The position numbers and the translations under genes are program-made. This document shows positions 33,733 through 41,840 of a DNA stretch of 48,641 nucleotides, one piece after another. Numbering within the stretch: position 1 is the stretch's first letter; every line of letters starts with the position of its first letter. The notes below the pieces were generated by a model. It did no database searches and was not told the DNA's origin. It saw nothing but the letters and a program-made list of their open reading frames with translations. Source of the DNA: a bacterium (GTDB lineage Bacteria; Patescibacteriota; Minisyncoccia; Minisyncoccales; DAOWIS01); the NCBI GenBank assembly GCA_030640805.1, contig DAOWIS010000004.1, forward strand, positions 1 through 48,641, read 5' to 3'.

Positions 33733-34395
33733 TTACTTTTTCTCCGATAAATCAATGTGCTGTAAAACCTCTTTAAATCTAAAATATTCTGAAACCCGAA
33801 GACCAGTCCATTTTCCAAGAATAAAATTTATAATAATGATTCCCAGGAAGATATAAAGGGGATAGTCCAGAACTAAAGTTTGAAGTAAAGACCATTTAAT
33901 AATAAAATAAGAAATTGTTGCCAAAATAAGGGTTTGGAAAGTTAAAGCTACAGCCACGCTATTTCCCCTTTCAATTTGGGCAGCCACAAATTTCTCAATT
34001 AAGATGACAATTATAAGGATAGGGAAAATAGAAATTTCTAAAAGATCAGCCAGGCCAATATATCTTCCTCCCAAAAACATAAAAAAGACAAGAAGAGTTA
34101 CCCCGCTAAGAACTAAGGCAATCCTGGGAAGATAGAGAAGGCGGAACCTTTTTAGTATAAACCTAAGAGCGGTTCCTGCTAAAAGAACCGAAATAAAGAT
34201 AATCATTCCGTAGTTTAAGCCAGTCGCCACAAAAGCGAAGGCGATAATCAAAGAGGTATAAATCCCAAATCCTTTAATCCCAATTATTTCTCGAGAGAAA
34301 GCGACAAAAGTAGCAATAATAGGCACCATTAAAAGAAGGATTAAGGTTTCTTGGGGTACCCCAGATTGGATCATGTATTGACTTAGAGAAAACAT
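33733..34395 (-). CDS. Polytopic (~7 TM) membrane protein, probably the 7TM partner of the ATP-grasp system
   Basis: It has about 7 hydrophobic segments and sits 5 nt upstream of the ligase gene. It resembles the 7TM module usually fused to an inactive transglutaminase in such operons; the assignment is by context. Confidence 0.5.
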   Translation of the reverse strand: MFSLSQYMIQSGVPQETLILLLMVPIIATFVAFSREIIGIKGFGIYTSLIIAFAFVATGLNYGMIIFISVLLAGTALRFILKRFRLLYLPRIALVLSGVTLLVFFMFLGGRYIGLADLLEISIFPILIIVILIEKFVAAQIERGNSVAVALTFQTLILATISYFIIKWSLLQTLVLDYPLYIFLGIIIINFILGKWTGLRVSEYFRFKEVLQHIDLSEKK

Positions 34396-34530
34396 AACAA
34401 TAATTCAAAAGTCAAAATATAAATTTTCAATTCTCAATTTTAAATTTTAAATGAATTTTCAATTCTTTAATTTTCAATTAATTTAATCATTTAATCATTT
34501 AAAATTGATTTAAAATTAGACATTTAATAT
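34396..34530. repeat. Imperfect-palindromic intergenic repeat element
   Basis: It contains aaatgaattttcaatt and aatttaatcatttaatcattt cores shared with the 22740 and 35056 elements. Confidence 0.6.
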
Positions 34531-35055
34531 TTAATATTTTTTCTGCATTCTGAGATTTGAGTTTAGCGGAACGCTATGGGCGCAGCAAATAGCCACGGCC
34601 AGAGCATCAGCAGCATCATCGGGTTTTGGAATTTCTTTAAGACTAAGAATGTTTTTTACCATTTTTTGAACCTGGATTTTTTCTGCTCTACCGTAATTAG
34701 TTATAGCTAATTTTACTTGGGGAGGAGTAAATTCGTAGACCGGAACTTTTTTCTTAGCCGCGGTTAGTAAAATTACTCCCTTGGCCTGGCTTACGGGCAT
34801 AGCGGTTTTTTGGTTTTTAAAAAAATAAACATTTTCCACGGCCATAACATTGGGCTGGTGTTTTTTGATTAGCCTATTAAGTTCATTATTTATTTTCTTT
34901 AAACGTTCGGCCGCAGGTAAACCAGGATTAGTTTGAATTAATCCATAATCTAAACACTTAAGTCTATCTCGAGTTTTAGATTTTAGATTTTGGATTTTTC
35001 TAACCACGCCAAATCCCACTTTGGCTACTCCCGGATCTATGCCTAATATAATCAT
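34531..35055 (-). CDS. ruvC: Crossover junction endodeoxyribonuclease RuvC
   Basis: Motifs seen are ILGIDPG....G.G, VENVFF..N and the C-terminal DAADALAVAICH-like motif. An in-frame heptamer-derived insert lies near residues 20-32. Confidence 0.9.
   Translation of the reverse strand: MIILGIDPGVAKVGFGVVRKIQNLKSKTRDRLKCLDYGLIQTNPGLPAAERLKKINNELNRLIKKHQPNVMAVENVYFFKNQKTAMPVSQAKGVILLTAAKKKVPVYEFTPPQVKLAITNYGRAEKIQVQKMVKNILSLKEIPKPDDAADALAVAICCAHSVPLNSNLRMQKKY
34974..34994. repeat. Heptamer array (ttttaga x2, ttttgga x1) inside ruvC
   Basis: Read directly in the sequence. Three units of 7 nt give 21 nt, which keeps the frame. Confidence 0.8.
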
Positions 35056-35193
35056 AGATTAAAATGTCAAATGACAAATTTTTAATGTCAAATGAATGTT
35101 TAAATGCCAAATGTCAAAACAATAATTTAATCATTTAGGAATTGGTCATTTATTTAACATTGGTCATTAAGCATTTGTCATTTCTAATTTGGT
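35056..35193. repeat. Imperfect-palindromic intergenic repeat element (copy 2 of the 19663-19815 family)
   Basis: Its core of about 55 nt is near-identical to copy 1. The inverted ends are aaatgtcaaatgacaaat ... gcatttgtcattt. Confidence 0.7.
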
Positions 35194-35928
35194 TTAAGCC
35201 AAATTAGAATATATATCCTGGACATCATCTTGTTCATCCAGGATCTCAAATAATTTATTTAAATTTTCTTTTATTTTTAGGTCCTCAATTTCTATTGTTT
35301 CTTTAGGGGCCCAATCCAAACTCGCTGATTTAATAATTATTCCTTGAGATTCTAAATTTTTCTTAACCTTTTCTAACTCTTCTATTTTAGTATAAATATC
35401 TAATTTATCATTGTGCCAAAAAATGTCTTCTGCCCCTGCTTCTATCGCTATCAATTCTAAATCCTCTTTTTCTTTTTGATTTTTGATTTTTGATTTTTGA
35501 TTTACTATTATTACTCCTTTTCTGGCAAATAACCAACGAACACTGCCCTCGCTGGCTAATTTTCCGTCCTGAGAATCAAGGATATGTTTAATTTCAGATA
35601 AAGTTCGATTCTTGTTGTCAGTGATTCCTTCGATAATAATTGCGGTTTTTCCCGACCCATAGGCTTCTAAGGTAAATTCTTCTAATTTTGTTCCTTTTTC
35701 CTGACCAGTTCCTCTTTTGATAGCTCTTTCAATGTTTTCTTTGGGGACATTGAATTCTTTGGCTTTTTCAATAGCCAATTTTAATTTAGGGTTGATTTCC
35801 GGATCGGCTCCTTTTTCTCTGGCTACCATTGTTATTATTCGAGAAATTTTGGAAAAAATTTTTCCTCTTTTTTTGTCCTCTACTGCTTTAGTATGTTTTA
35901 TTGAATGCCAATGACTATGCCCACTCAT
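35194..35928 (-). CDS. yebC: YebC/PmpR-family DNA-binding regulator
   Basis: MSGHSHWHSIKH.KA..D.KRGK.F.K and the remaining domain layout fit the family. An in-frame insert (KSKIKNQKEKE) comes from a heptamer array. Confidence 0.9.
   Translation of the reverse strand: MSGHSHWHSIKHTKAVEDKKRGKIFSKISRIITMVAREKGADPEINPKLKLAIEKAKEFNVPKENIERAIKRGTGQEKGTKLEEFTLEAYGSGKTAIIIEGITDNKNRTLSEIKHILDSQDGKLASEGSVRWLFARKGVIIVNQKSKIKNQKEKEDLELIAIEAGAEDIFWHNDKLDIYTKIEELEKVKKNLESQGIIIKSASLDWAPKETIEIEDLKIKENLNKLFEILDEQDDVQDIYSNLA
35473..35500. repeat. Heptamer array (tttttga x4) inside yebC
   Basis: Read directly in the sequence. Confidence 0.85.
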
Positions 35929-35961
35929 ATAGTTAAATTTTATTCCAATTTCCCCAATAAA

Positions 35962-37473
35962 TCAAATTTTTTCTGTTTTCTTTTTAAGAAAAAAAATACC
36001 AAAGCCTGATAGAATAGCAATCAGGGTAGCAATAATAATAACAACAAGAGGATTAGAAGATTTTTTAAGAGTGGCAGTTAATTGGTCTTGGCTTAACTCT
36101 TTTCCTTGTTCTTTGACATTATTGATGGAAGCGGTTTTAGTAGTAGACTCAGAAGGCAGAGAGGAGTTAAGAGAAAAAGAGGGTATTTCTTGAACCTCAG
36201 AGAAAGAGGGATTGGAAGATAAAGGGATTGCTTGAGAGTTTATAATATTTTGGAGGCCGGGACTGGGAAATTGGGTCCAGAAGAAATTCTGGTCGGATTT
36301 AGCCACGCTCCAGCCCTCTTTTACTTCTTGATAAATTATTTCTTGAGATAATTGGCCAGTGGGATAAAAAAGCCGACAAATATCTTTATTATTATTTAGA
36401 GCAATACCAGAAATTGACCTTGGAACAACCAAATATTGATGAGGAAAAATAAAAGTATTTTCCGGAAAAGAAAAAGGATTACTTCCTTTTTCTTCATCAT
36501 CTAATTGCCAAGAGGAGATATCACAAATTCCCTCGGAATTATTATAAACCTCAATCCATTCTTGGGAATCCGGTCCCTTAGGATTTGGCAGAAATTCGCT
36601 AATTTCCAAGCAATTAAGAAAGATATCAACTTTCAGAATATTTGAAGAAGAGTTTCTTCCATCAGAGACAATAAGATTGACAATATAAGTACCGGGATAT
36701 TGGAAAGTATAAGAAGGATTTTGTTCAGCAGATGTATTACCATCGCCAAAATTCCAAAGGAAATTTAAAGTGTCATCTTCTGGGTCAGATGATTTAGTGC
36801 CATCAAAGTTTATAATCTGTCCTACTAAAGCCACAATATCATCTCCGGCTTCAACGGTTGGTGCTAAATTAGTTGTTGAAGTAGAATCCTTCAGATCCTC
36901 TGATTCCTTTTCTGGCTCTACTAAATTTTGATCTTTGGACCCACTGCTATTTTCTTCTTTTGGAGTTCCTTTAGAATTTTGACTATTTTGCCAATTTTGG
37001 GAATTATTTCCTTCAATCAAGGGATTTACTCTTTCCATAGTTTGCTTGGCCTGATTATCTCCGGCAAACCAGCCATCACTACAATTTACTTGGTCAATTA
37101 AATTATTTTGATTATCAAAAAGTTTTAAATTTTCTCCATTGTTTCCTATGGCGCTAGTATAAATTAGATCAGCCGAAATTTCTGGCAGGGTATCATCATC
37201 AGTTCTTTCCAATAAATAAAAAGAATTAGACAGAACTGTCCCTGTTAATTCAATTTTTGGAGATCCGTCATTTGCTTCCAGTCGCCAGCCATCAAGGTTT
37301 ATTGATGAGTCAGAATTATTATAGAGTTCAATCCATTCGTCATTAGCAGAATTTTCCGTTCCCATCCAAGCAATTTCATTAATTACCACATTTCCGGAAT
37401 CTGCCAAGCAAAAATTATTCCCAAATAAAAAAAGAAAACCCAAGAAACTAATTTTTAAAATAATAGTTTTCAT
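35962..37473 (-). CDS. Secreted, C-terminally anchored protein with lamin-tail domain, PKD domain and a second lamin-tail domain
   Basis: It has a signal peptide. LTD motifs are VVINEIAWMGT...DEWIELYN and ISEFLPNP.G.D..EWIEVYN. The PKD motif is F.WNFGDG......NP.Y.F...G.Y.V.L.V.D. A C-terminal TM segment is followed by KKK. Confidence 0.75.
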   Translation of the reverse strand: MKTIILKISFLGFLFLFGNNFCLADSGNVVINEIAWMGTENSANDEWIELYNNSDSSINLDGWRLEANDGSPKIELTGTVLSNSFYLLERTDDDTLPEISADLIYTSAIGNNGENLKLFDNQNNLIDQVNCSDGWFAGDNQAKQTMERVNPLIEGNNSQNWQNSQNSKGTPKEENSSGSKDQNLVEPEKESEDLKDSTSTTNLAPTVEAGDDIVALVGQIINFDGTKSSDPEDDTLNFLWNFGDGNTSAEQNPSYTFQYPGTYIVNLIVSDGRNSSSNILKVDIFLNCLEISEFLPNPKGPDSQEWIEVYNNSEGICDISSWQLDDEEKGSNPFSFPENTFIFPHQYLVVPRSISGIALNNNKDICRLFYPTGQLSQEIIYQEVKEGWSVAKSDQNFFWTQFPSPGLQNIINSQAIPLSSNPSFSEVQEIPSFSLNSSLPSESTTKTASINNVKEQGKELSQDQLTATLKKSSNPLVVIIIATLIAILSGFGIFFLKKKTEKI

Positions 37474-37521
37474 AGATTTTAAACCTTAGCAAATTAAACA
37501 ATAATTGTCTATAGTTTAAAG

Positions 37522-37556
37522 AAAAAGCCGGTGACCAAATTTTAATGACCACCGGC
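37522..37556 (-). terminator. Rho-independent terminator of the 53-aa ORF
   Basis: On the minus strand it reads GCCGGTGgtcattaaaatttggtCACCGGCtttttcttt. Confidence 0.6.
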
Positions 37557-37573
37557 ATAGCTCTTTTCTAAGG

Positions 37574-37735
37574 TCAAGGCTTGGAAGTGGCGGGTGTAGG
37601 CAGGAATTTATGGGCTAGACAGGGCACAATCATAAGAAGCACAAGAAGCACTGCCAATTTCAGACTGATAGCCGCCAGAAAACCTATACCAAATCCCAGG
37701 AAGACGCAAGCGATATAGTCCATAAGTTTAACCAT
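37574..37735 (-). CDS. Unannotated small hydrophobic protein (53 aa, two TM segments)
   Basis: GAAGGAGAT precedes the ATG. The product is MVKLMDYIACVFLGFGIGFLAAISLKLAVLLVLLMIVPCLAHKFLPTPATSKP. It has its own promoter and terminator and visibly higher G+C than its flanks. Confidence 0.5.
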   Translation of the reverse strand: MVKLMDYIACVFLGFGIGFLAAISLKLAVLLVLLMIVPCLAHKFLPTPATSKP

Positions 37736-37793
37736 ATCTCCTTCAATTAAAGATTAAATTGTAAAATATCTACCTTCCTAATTTTCTACCTAT

Positions 37794-37822
37794 GTTATAC
37801 ACCCAAGCCAAAATTTTGTCAA
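37794..37822 (-). promoter_or_regulatory. Sigma70-type promoter (TTGACA-17 nt-TATAAC) for the 53-aa ORF
   Basis: Read on the minus strand. Confidence 0.5.
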
Positions 37823-37871
37823 GTTTTATTATATTTTATTATAATTTTAGTTGAAGTGTCAAAAAATAACT

Positions 37872-37907
37872 TTCGGGGATAACGTACGATCGAGCGTTAT
37901 TACCGAA
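37872..37907. repeat. Degenerate copy of the 1989-2024 palindrome (left arm identical, right arm with 4 substitutions)
   Basis: ttcggggataacgtacgatcgAGcgttatTAccgaa compared with ttcggggataacgtacgatcgTAcgttatCCccgaa. The flanks are also similar (gttaa.ttagg). Confidence 0.85.
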
Positions 37908-37911
37908 TGGG

Positions 37912-38931
37912 TTAAATTAGGGAATTTTGGATTCCTTTGAGTTTTAGGCCTAAATGTTTATGAGCTAATTTAGTAACCATTCGGCCGCGGGGAGTTCTTT
38001 CAATAAAACCAATTTGCATTAGATAGGGTTCATAAATATCTAAAATAGTATCTTCTTCTTCAGAAGAAGCAGCAGCCAGAGATTGGAGTCCTACTGGTCC
38101 TCCATTAAATTTTTTGATGATGGTTTCTAAAATTTTTCTATCTCCGGGTTCCAAACCTAATTGGTCAATTTCTAAAAGTTTTAGGGCTTTTTGGGCGGTT
38201 TCCTTAGTGATTATTCCTTTTCCTTCTACTTGAGCATAGTCCCTTACTCTTTTTAGAAGCCGATTAGCTACTCGTGGAGTAGAACGGGAGCACCTGGCAA
38301 TAATTTTGATTGCCGCTGGTTCTGCTATTACTTTTAAAATTTTTGCCGATCTTTGGATAATTTTTTCTATATCATTAAGTTCATAAAATCCTATCTGGAA
38401 GGTAGCGCCAAACCTGCTTCTTAAGGGAGAGGTTAGAAGTCCAATTCGGGTAGTTGCTCCAATTAAGGTGAAAGAGGGAATCTTAATTTCCATAGTTCGG
38501 GCCGAGGGACCTGTGCCAATTACTAAATTTAATTTATAATCCTCCATAGCTGGATATAGATACTCTTCTATTAAGTGATTGAGCCGATGAATTTCGTCCA
38601 AAAAAAGGATTTCTCCATCAGAGAGATTAGTTAAAATAGAAGCCAAATCGCCTGGTTTCTCAATGGCCGGGCCAGAACTAACCCGAATGTTTGCCCCCAT
38701 TTCATTGGCGATAATATAAGCCAAGGTAGTTTTTCCTAAACCGGCATTTCCATAAAGAAGGAGGTGTTCGGGCGTTTCTTTTCTCTTTTTAGCTGCCTCA
38801 ATGATAATTCGGAGATTTTTTTTAATTTTTTCTTGACCAATATAATTATTCCACTCTTTGGGACGAAGAGTATTGTCTAAAATTTGATCCTCAGGAGTTT
38901 CTTCAAGTAATTTTGAGATAGGGGTTGACAT
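37912..38931 (-). CDS. ruvB: Holliday junction branch migration helicase RuvB
   Basis: Motifs seen are [32 protein letters not shown] and TRSTPR-like RVANRLL.RVRD. Confidence 0.95.
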   Translation of the reverse strand: MSTPISKLLEETPEDQILDNTLRPKEWNNYIGQEKIKKNLRIIIEAAKKRKETPEHLLLYGNAGLGKTTLAYIIANEMGANIRVSSGPAIEKPGDLASILTNLSDGEILFLDEIHRLNHLIEEYLYPAMEDYKLNLVIGTGPSARTMEIKIPSFTLIGATTRIGLLTSPLRSRFGATFQIGFYELNDIEKIIQRSAKILKVIAEPAAIKIIARCSRSTPRVANRLLKRVRDYAQVEGKGIITKETAQKALKLLEIDQLGLEPGDRKILETIIKKFNGGPVGLQSLAAASSEEEDTILDIYEPYLMQIGFIERTPRGRMVTKLAHKHLGLKLKGIQNSLI

Positions 38932-38965
38932 AGATTAAATTATTTGTTATACTAATATGTGTTTG

Positions 38966-39105
38966 AAAATAAACCTCCAGCTGCAGGTAAAAGGGAATCT
39001 CTCTTAGTTTCGGGTAATCTGGTGGGAACTGGGTTATTCCTCGGAGAATTCCCAACCCTTGGTGTAAGACCAGCGTAAAAATGCCTGCAGCTGGAGGTTT
39101 ATTTT
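38966..39105. repeat. 140-nt element bounded by perfect 22-bp inverted repeats (aaaataaacctccagctgcagg / cctgcagctggaggtttatttt); structured RNA or MITE-like insertion
   Basis: The arms at 38966-38987 and 39084-39105 are exact reverse complements. The 96-nt interior is G+C-richer and has further pairings (GGGAAUCUC/GAGAAUUCCC). The right arm overlaps the pilB stop codon. Confidence 0.5.
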
Positions 39106-40738
39106 ATTGAATAAAACCAGTAACTCTTTCTACCTCTTCCAAAGTAGTAGTTCCTTCAAGAACTTTTAATATTCCATCTTGCTGCATTGTAATCATTCCT
39201 CTTTTTATAGCCGTTTCTTTTAATTCCGGGATGGAAGGAGCTTTTAAGATAAATTTTTCCATTTCTTTATCCACCAAAAAGAATTCAAATATTCCAATTC
39301 TACCCTTGTAACCAGTAAGATTACACTTCTTACATCTCTGGGCTTTCAAAATTTTTAAGTTTTTTAAAGAGGGTCTTTTTAGAGAAGGTGGAAGCAAGGA
39401 AAGCCCCTTTTTTATTTTTTTTGTTTCTTCCGAACTGGGTGAATAAGATTTAGCGCAATGAGAACAAACTTTTCTTACTAATCGTTGAGCAATAGCTAAA
39501 TTTAGAGCCGGAGCAATAATTTCTGGGTTAACTCCCATATCTACCAATCGAGCAACTGTACCAGCGGCATCATTAGTATGAAGAGAAGAAAATACTAAAT
39601 GACCAGTTAAAGCAGCATGAAAAGCAATCTCAGCTGTCTCTCGGTCTCGAATCTCTCCTACTAAAATTACATCGGGGTCTTGCCTTAAGATAGAGCGGAG
39701 TCCATTGGAGAAATCATAGCCTTTTTGGGGATTTACTTGAGTTTGGGAAATACCTTCTAAGTGGTACTCGATAGGATCTTCAATGGTAATTATTTTTATT
39801 TCCGGTTTTTTTATTTGAAAAAGACAGGCATAAAGAGTGGTAGTTTTTCCAGAACCAGTAGGGCCGGTGTTGAGAATTATTCCATTAGGTCGAGAAATCT
39901 CTCTAATGATTGTTTTTTCTAAATCTTCTTTGAGACCAAGTTCTTTTACACTTTTCAGCATTTTTGGGTTAAGAATTCTTAAAACTATTGTTTCGCCATA
40001 TTCACTGGGCAAGACTGAGGTTCTAATTTCTATTTCAATTTTTTCTAAAACAATGCTAAATCTTCCATCTTGGGCCCTTTGATGAATATTTAATTTTAAA
40101 CCAGAGAGAAGTTTTATTCGGGAAAGCAAGAGATGATAAACTCTTGGAGGGATAAAACTGACCTCTTGAAGCATGCCATCAATTCTTAATCTGATTTTTA
40201 TTTTTTCTTCCTCCGGCTCAATATGAACATCCGAAGCGTCTAATTTTAAAGAAGAGGCCAAAAGAATTTCTAAGATCTCGGTAGTTTTTTTGGCAATAAA
40301 TTCTTTAAATTTCTCTTTTAACTCAATGAAATTAGAAATTTCTTTTTGGAATTGAGATAATTTTTCCGGAGAAATTTCCATTTCACCGGTAATTTTTTTT
40401 GAAGGGAGAACAAGTTGGCTATATTTTTTCCAGGCTAAATTTAAACTAGTTGGAGAAACAAAAAAAAGTTTAATTTTAAACCTTTTCTTTTCTAAGTTAT
40501 TTAGGATTTTTTTAAGATTTGGATTTTGAGGATTCTTTGTTGCCACCCCGATATTTTTTCCTAATTTCTGGAAAACTGCCATTTCAGCGGCTTTTGCTTC
40601 TTTTTCTTGGACTAAAGCTAATGCTTCCACTTGAATTGGAACGCTTAGAAGGTTGACATAAGGAAGCTGAAGTTTTTCAGCCAATTCCTGAGTCCTTTTT
40701 TCTTCTTCTTTTCGTCGAATTGCTTCTAAATTTATCAT
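39104..40738 (-). CDS. pilB: GspE/PilB-family type II/IV secretion (type IV pilus assembly) ATPase
   Basis: Walker A is GPTGSGKTTTLY. The Asp and His boxes are present (RQDPDVILVGEIRD, LTGHLV.SSLHTND). The tetracysteine motif is CSHC...CKKC..TGYKGR. Confidence 0.9.
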   Translation of the reverse strand: MINLEAIRRKEEEKRTQELAEKLQLPYVNLLSVPIQVEALALVQEKEAKAAEMAVFQKLGKNIGVATKNPQNPNLKKILNNLEKKRFKIKLFFVSPTSLNLAWKKYSQLVLPSKKITGEMEISPEKLSQFQKEISNFIELKEKFKEFIAKKTTEILEILLASSLKLDASDVHIEPEEEKIKIRLRIDGMLQEVSFIPPRVYHLLLSRIKLLSGLKLNIHQRAQDGRFSIVLEKIEIEIRTSVLPSEYGETIVLRILNPKMLKSVKELGLKEDLEKTIIREISRPNGIILNTGPTGSGKTTTLYACLFQIKKPEIKIITIEDPIEYHLEGISQTQVNPQKGYDFSNGLRSILRQDPDVILVGEIRDRETAEIAFHAALTGHLVFSSLHTNDAAGTVARLVDMGVNPEIIAPALNLAIAQRLVRKVCSHCAKSYSPSSEETKKIKKGLSLLPPSLKRPSLKNLKILKAQRCKKCNLTGYKGRIGIFEFFLVDKEMEKFILKAPSIPELKETAIKRGMITMQQDGILKVLEGTTTLEEVERVTGFIQ

Positions 40739-41754
40739 ATTAATTTTCCCAGGGTGATTAAGGTTTCCAAGAGGGCTTCCTTGAGGTCTGAATATTGAGA
40801 ATCAAAAATTAATTTATTTTCCTTAATTTCTCCTTTAATATCTTGAGACAATCTTTCTAATAATTGTTTTTCTTTGCTTAAAATTGAACCTTTAATTGTT
40901 TTTTGAGAAGAAGGATTTGATTTAGATTCTTCCCAGAGAGTTAAAAGAAGAGGATATCCTGAAATTTCTTTAAGATTTTCTAAAATAGAAGGGATAAAAT
41001 CAGTTTGGATTTCGGTTTTTCGGAAATCTTCTTGAGGGAAACTAACCCAGGCGATTTGTTTCTCCTCCCAATATTTTAAACGAGCCAGAGCCCTGCCTAA
41101 AAGTTTTAAATAATTTAAGGATTTATTTTCTTTAAGATATAAAGAAGCAGCTACTTTTTGGTCAATTAAATTTTCTCCTAAGGATTTAATAATGGAAAGA
41201 ATAATTTCGGAAACAGTGGGAGATCTGGCTTCAATTAAATTTACTTTTCCAAAATCTTCTTCCAGAACTTTATTATTAATGTTTATAATAGGAACTTGGG
41301 AGAGAAGATTGGGATTTTCCTCAAAGATTTCTTCTAAAGATTTTAAATTTTGAAAACCTGCACTAATTAAAAGCTGAAAAGGAGGATTGATTTGAGAACT
41401 TATTTCAATTTCCTCTTTTTTAATAGTTCCTTTTTTGGGGGTAAGATAGATTAAAATCTTTCCACCTTTTTTTTCGTAACTTAGTTCATCTATTCCTCTT
41501 TCATTTTCCGGAACAGAGATTAATAAATCAGAAAGAGAAGATAGGGAAGTCAAAAAAGAGGGACGGGGCAGAAAGTTAAATTTTTCAGGGAAACCTCCGG
41601 GAAGTAGAATATCTGCTTTTTTTTGATAATTTTCTAAAGCAAAAAAAAGCCCCAAAAGACCACCTAAGATATCTCCATTTGGGTCTTTTGGAGCCACAAG
41701 AAGAACAGGGTTATTTTTTTTGATAAGCTCTATTGCTTCTTCAAGAGGTAACAT
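40735..41754 (-). CDS. DHH-family (NrnA-like) protein with a degenerate catalytic motif
   Basis: The N-terminus PKDPNGDILGG resembles the DHH motif II region (PDGDA.GS). Where I expect DHH, the sequence reads ININNK. Its stop overlaps the pilB start by 4 nt. Confidence 0.45.
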   Translation of the reverse strand: MLPLEEAIELIKKNNPVLLVAPKDPNGDILGGLLGLFFALENYQKKADILLPGGFPEKFNFLPRPSFLTSLSSLSDLLISVPENERGIDELSYEKKGGKILIYLTPKKGTIKKEEIEISSQINPPFQLLISAGFQNLKSLEEIFEENPNLLSQVPIININNKVLEEDFGKVNLIEARSPTVSEIILSIIKSLGENLIDQKVAASLYLKENKSLNYLKLLGRALARLKYWEEKQIAWVSFPQEDFRKTEIQTDFIPSILENLKEISGYPLLLTLWEESKSNPSSQKTIKGSILSKEKQLLERLSQDIKGEIKENKLIFDSQYSDLKEALLETLITLGKLI

Positions 41755-41840
41755 TATTTTACCTTAATCTATTTTACTCTTTTTGTAAAGATTAGGGTAA
41801 TAAGAGAATAGCCAAATTAAATAAGCATGTTAGAATTAAA

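Noticed and set aside
38966-39105. TPP riboswitch-like resemblance on the plus strand (..ACCCUUGGUGUAAGACCAGCGUA..)
   Set aside because: Only the P4/P5-like segment is reminiscent. The conserved CUGAGA element is absent, since the sequence reads CGGAGA. There is also no plus-strand gene downstream for it to control, and the neighbours (pilB, ruvB) are unrelated to thiamine.
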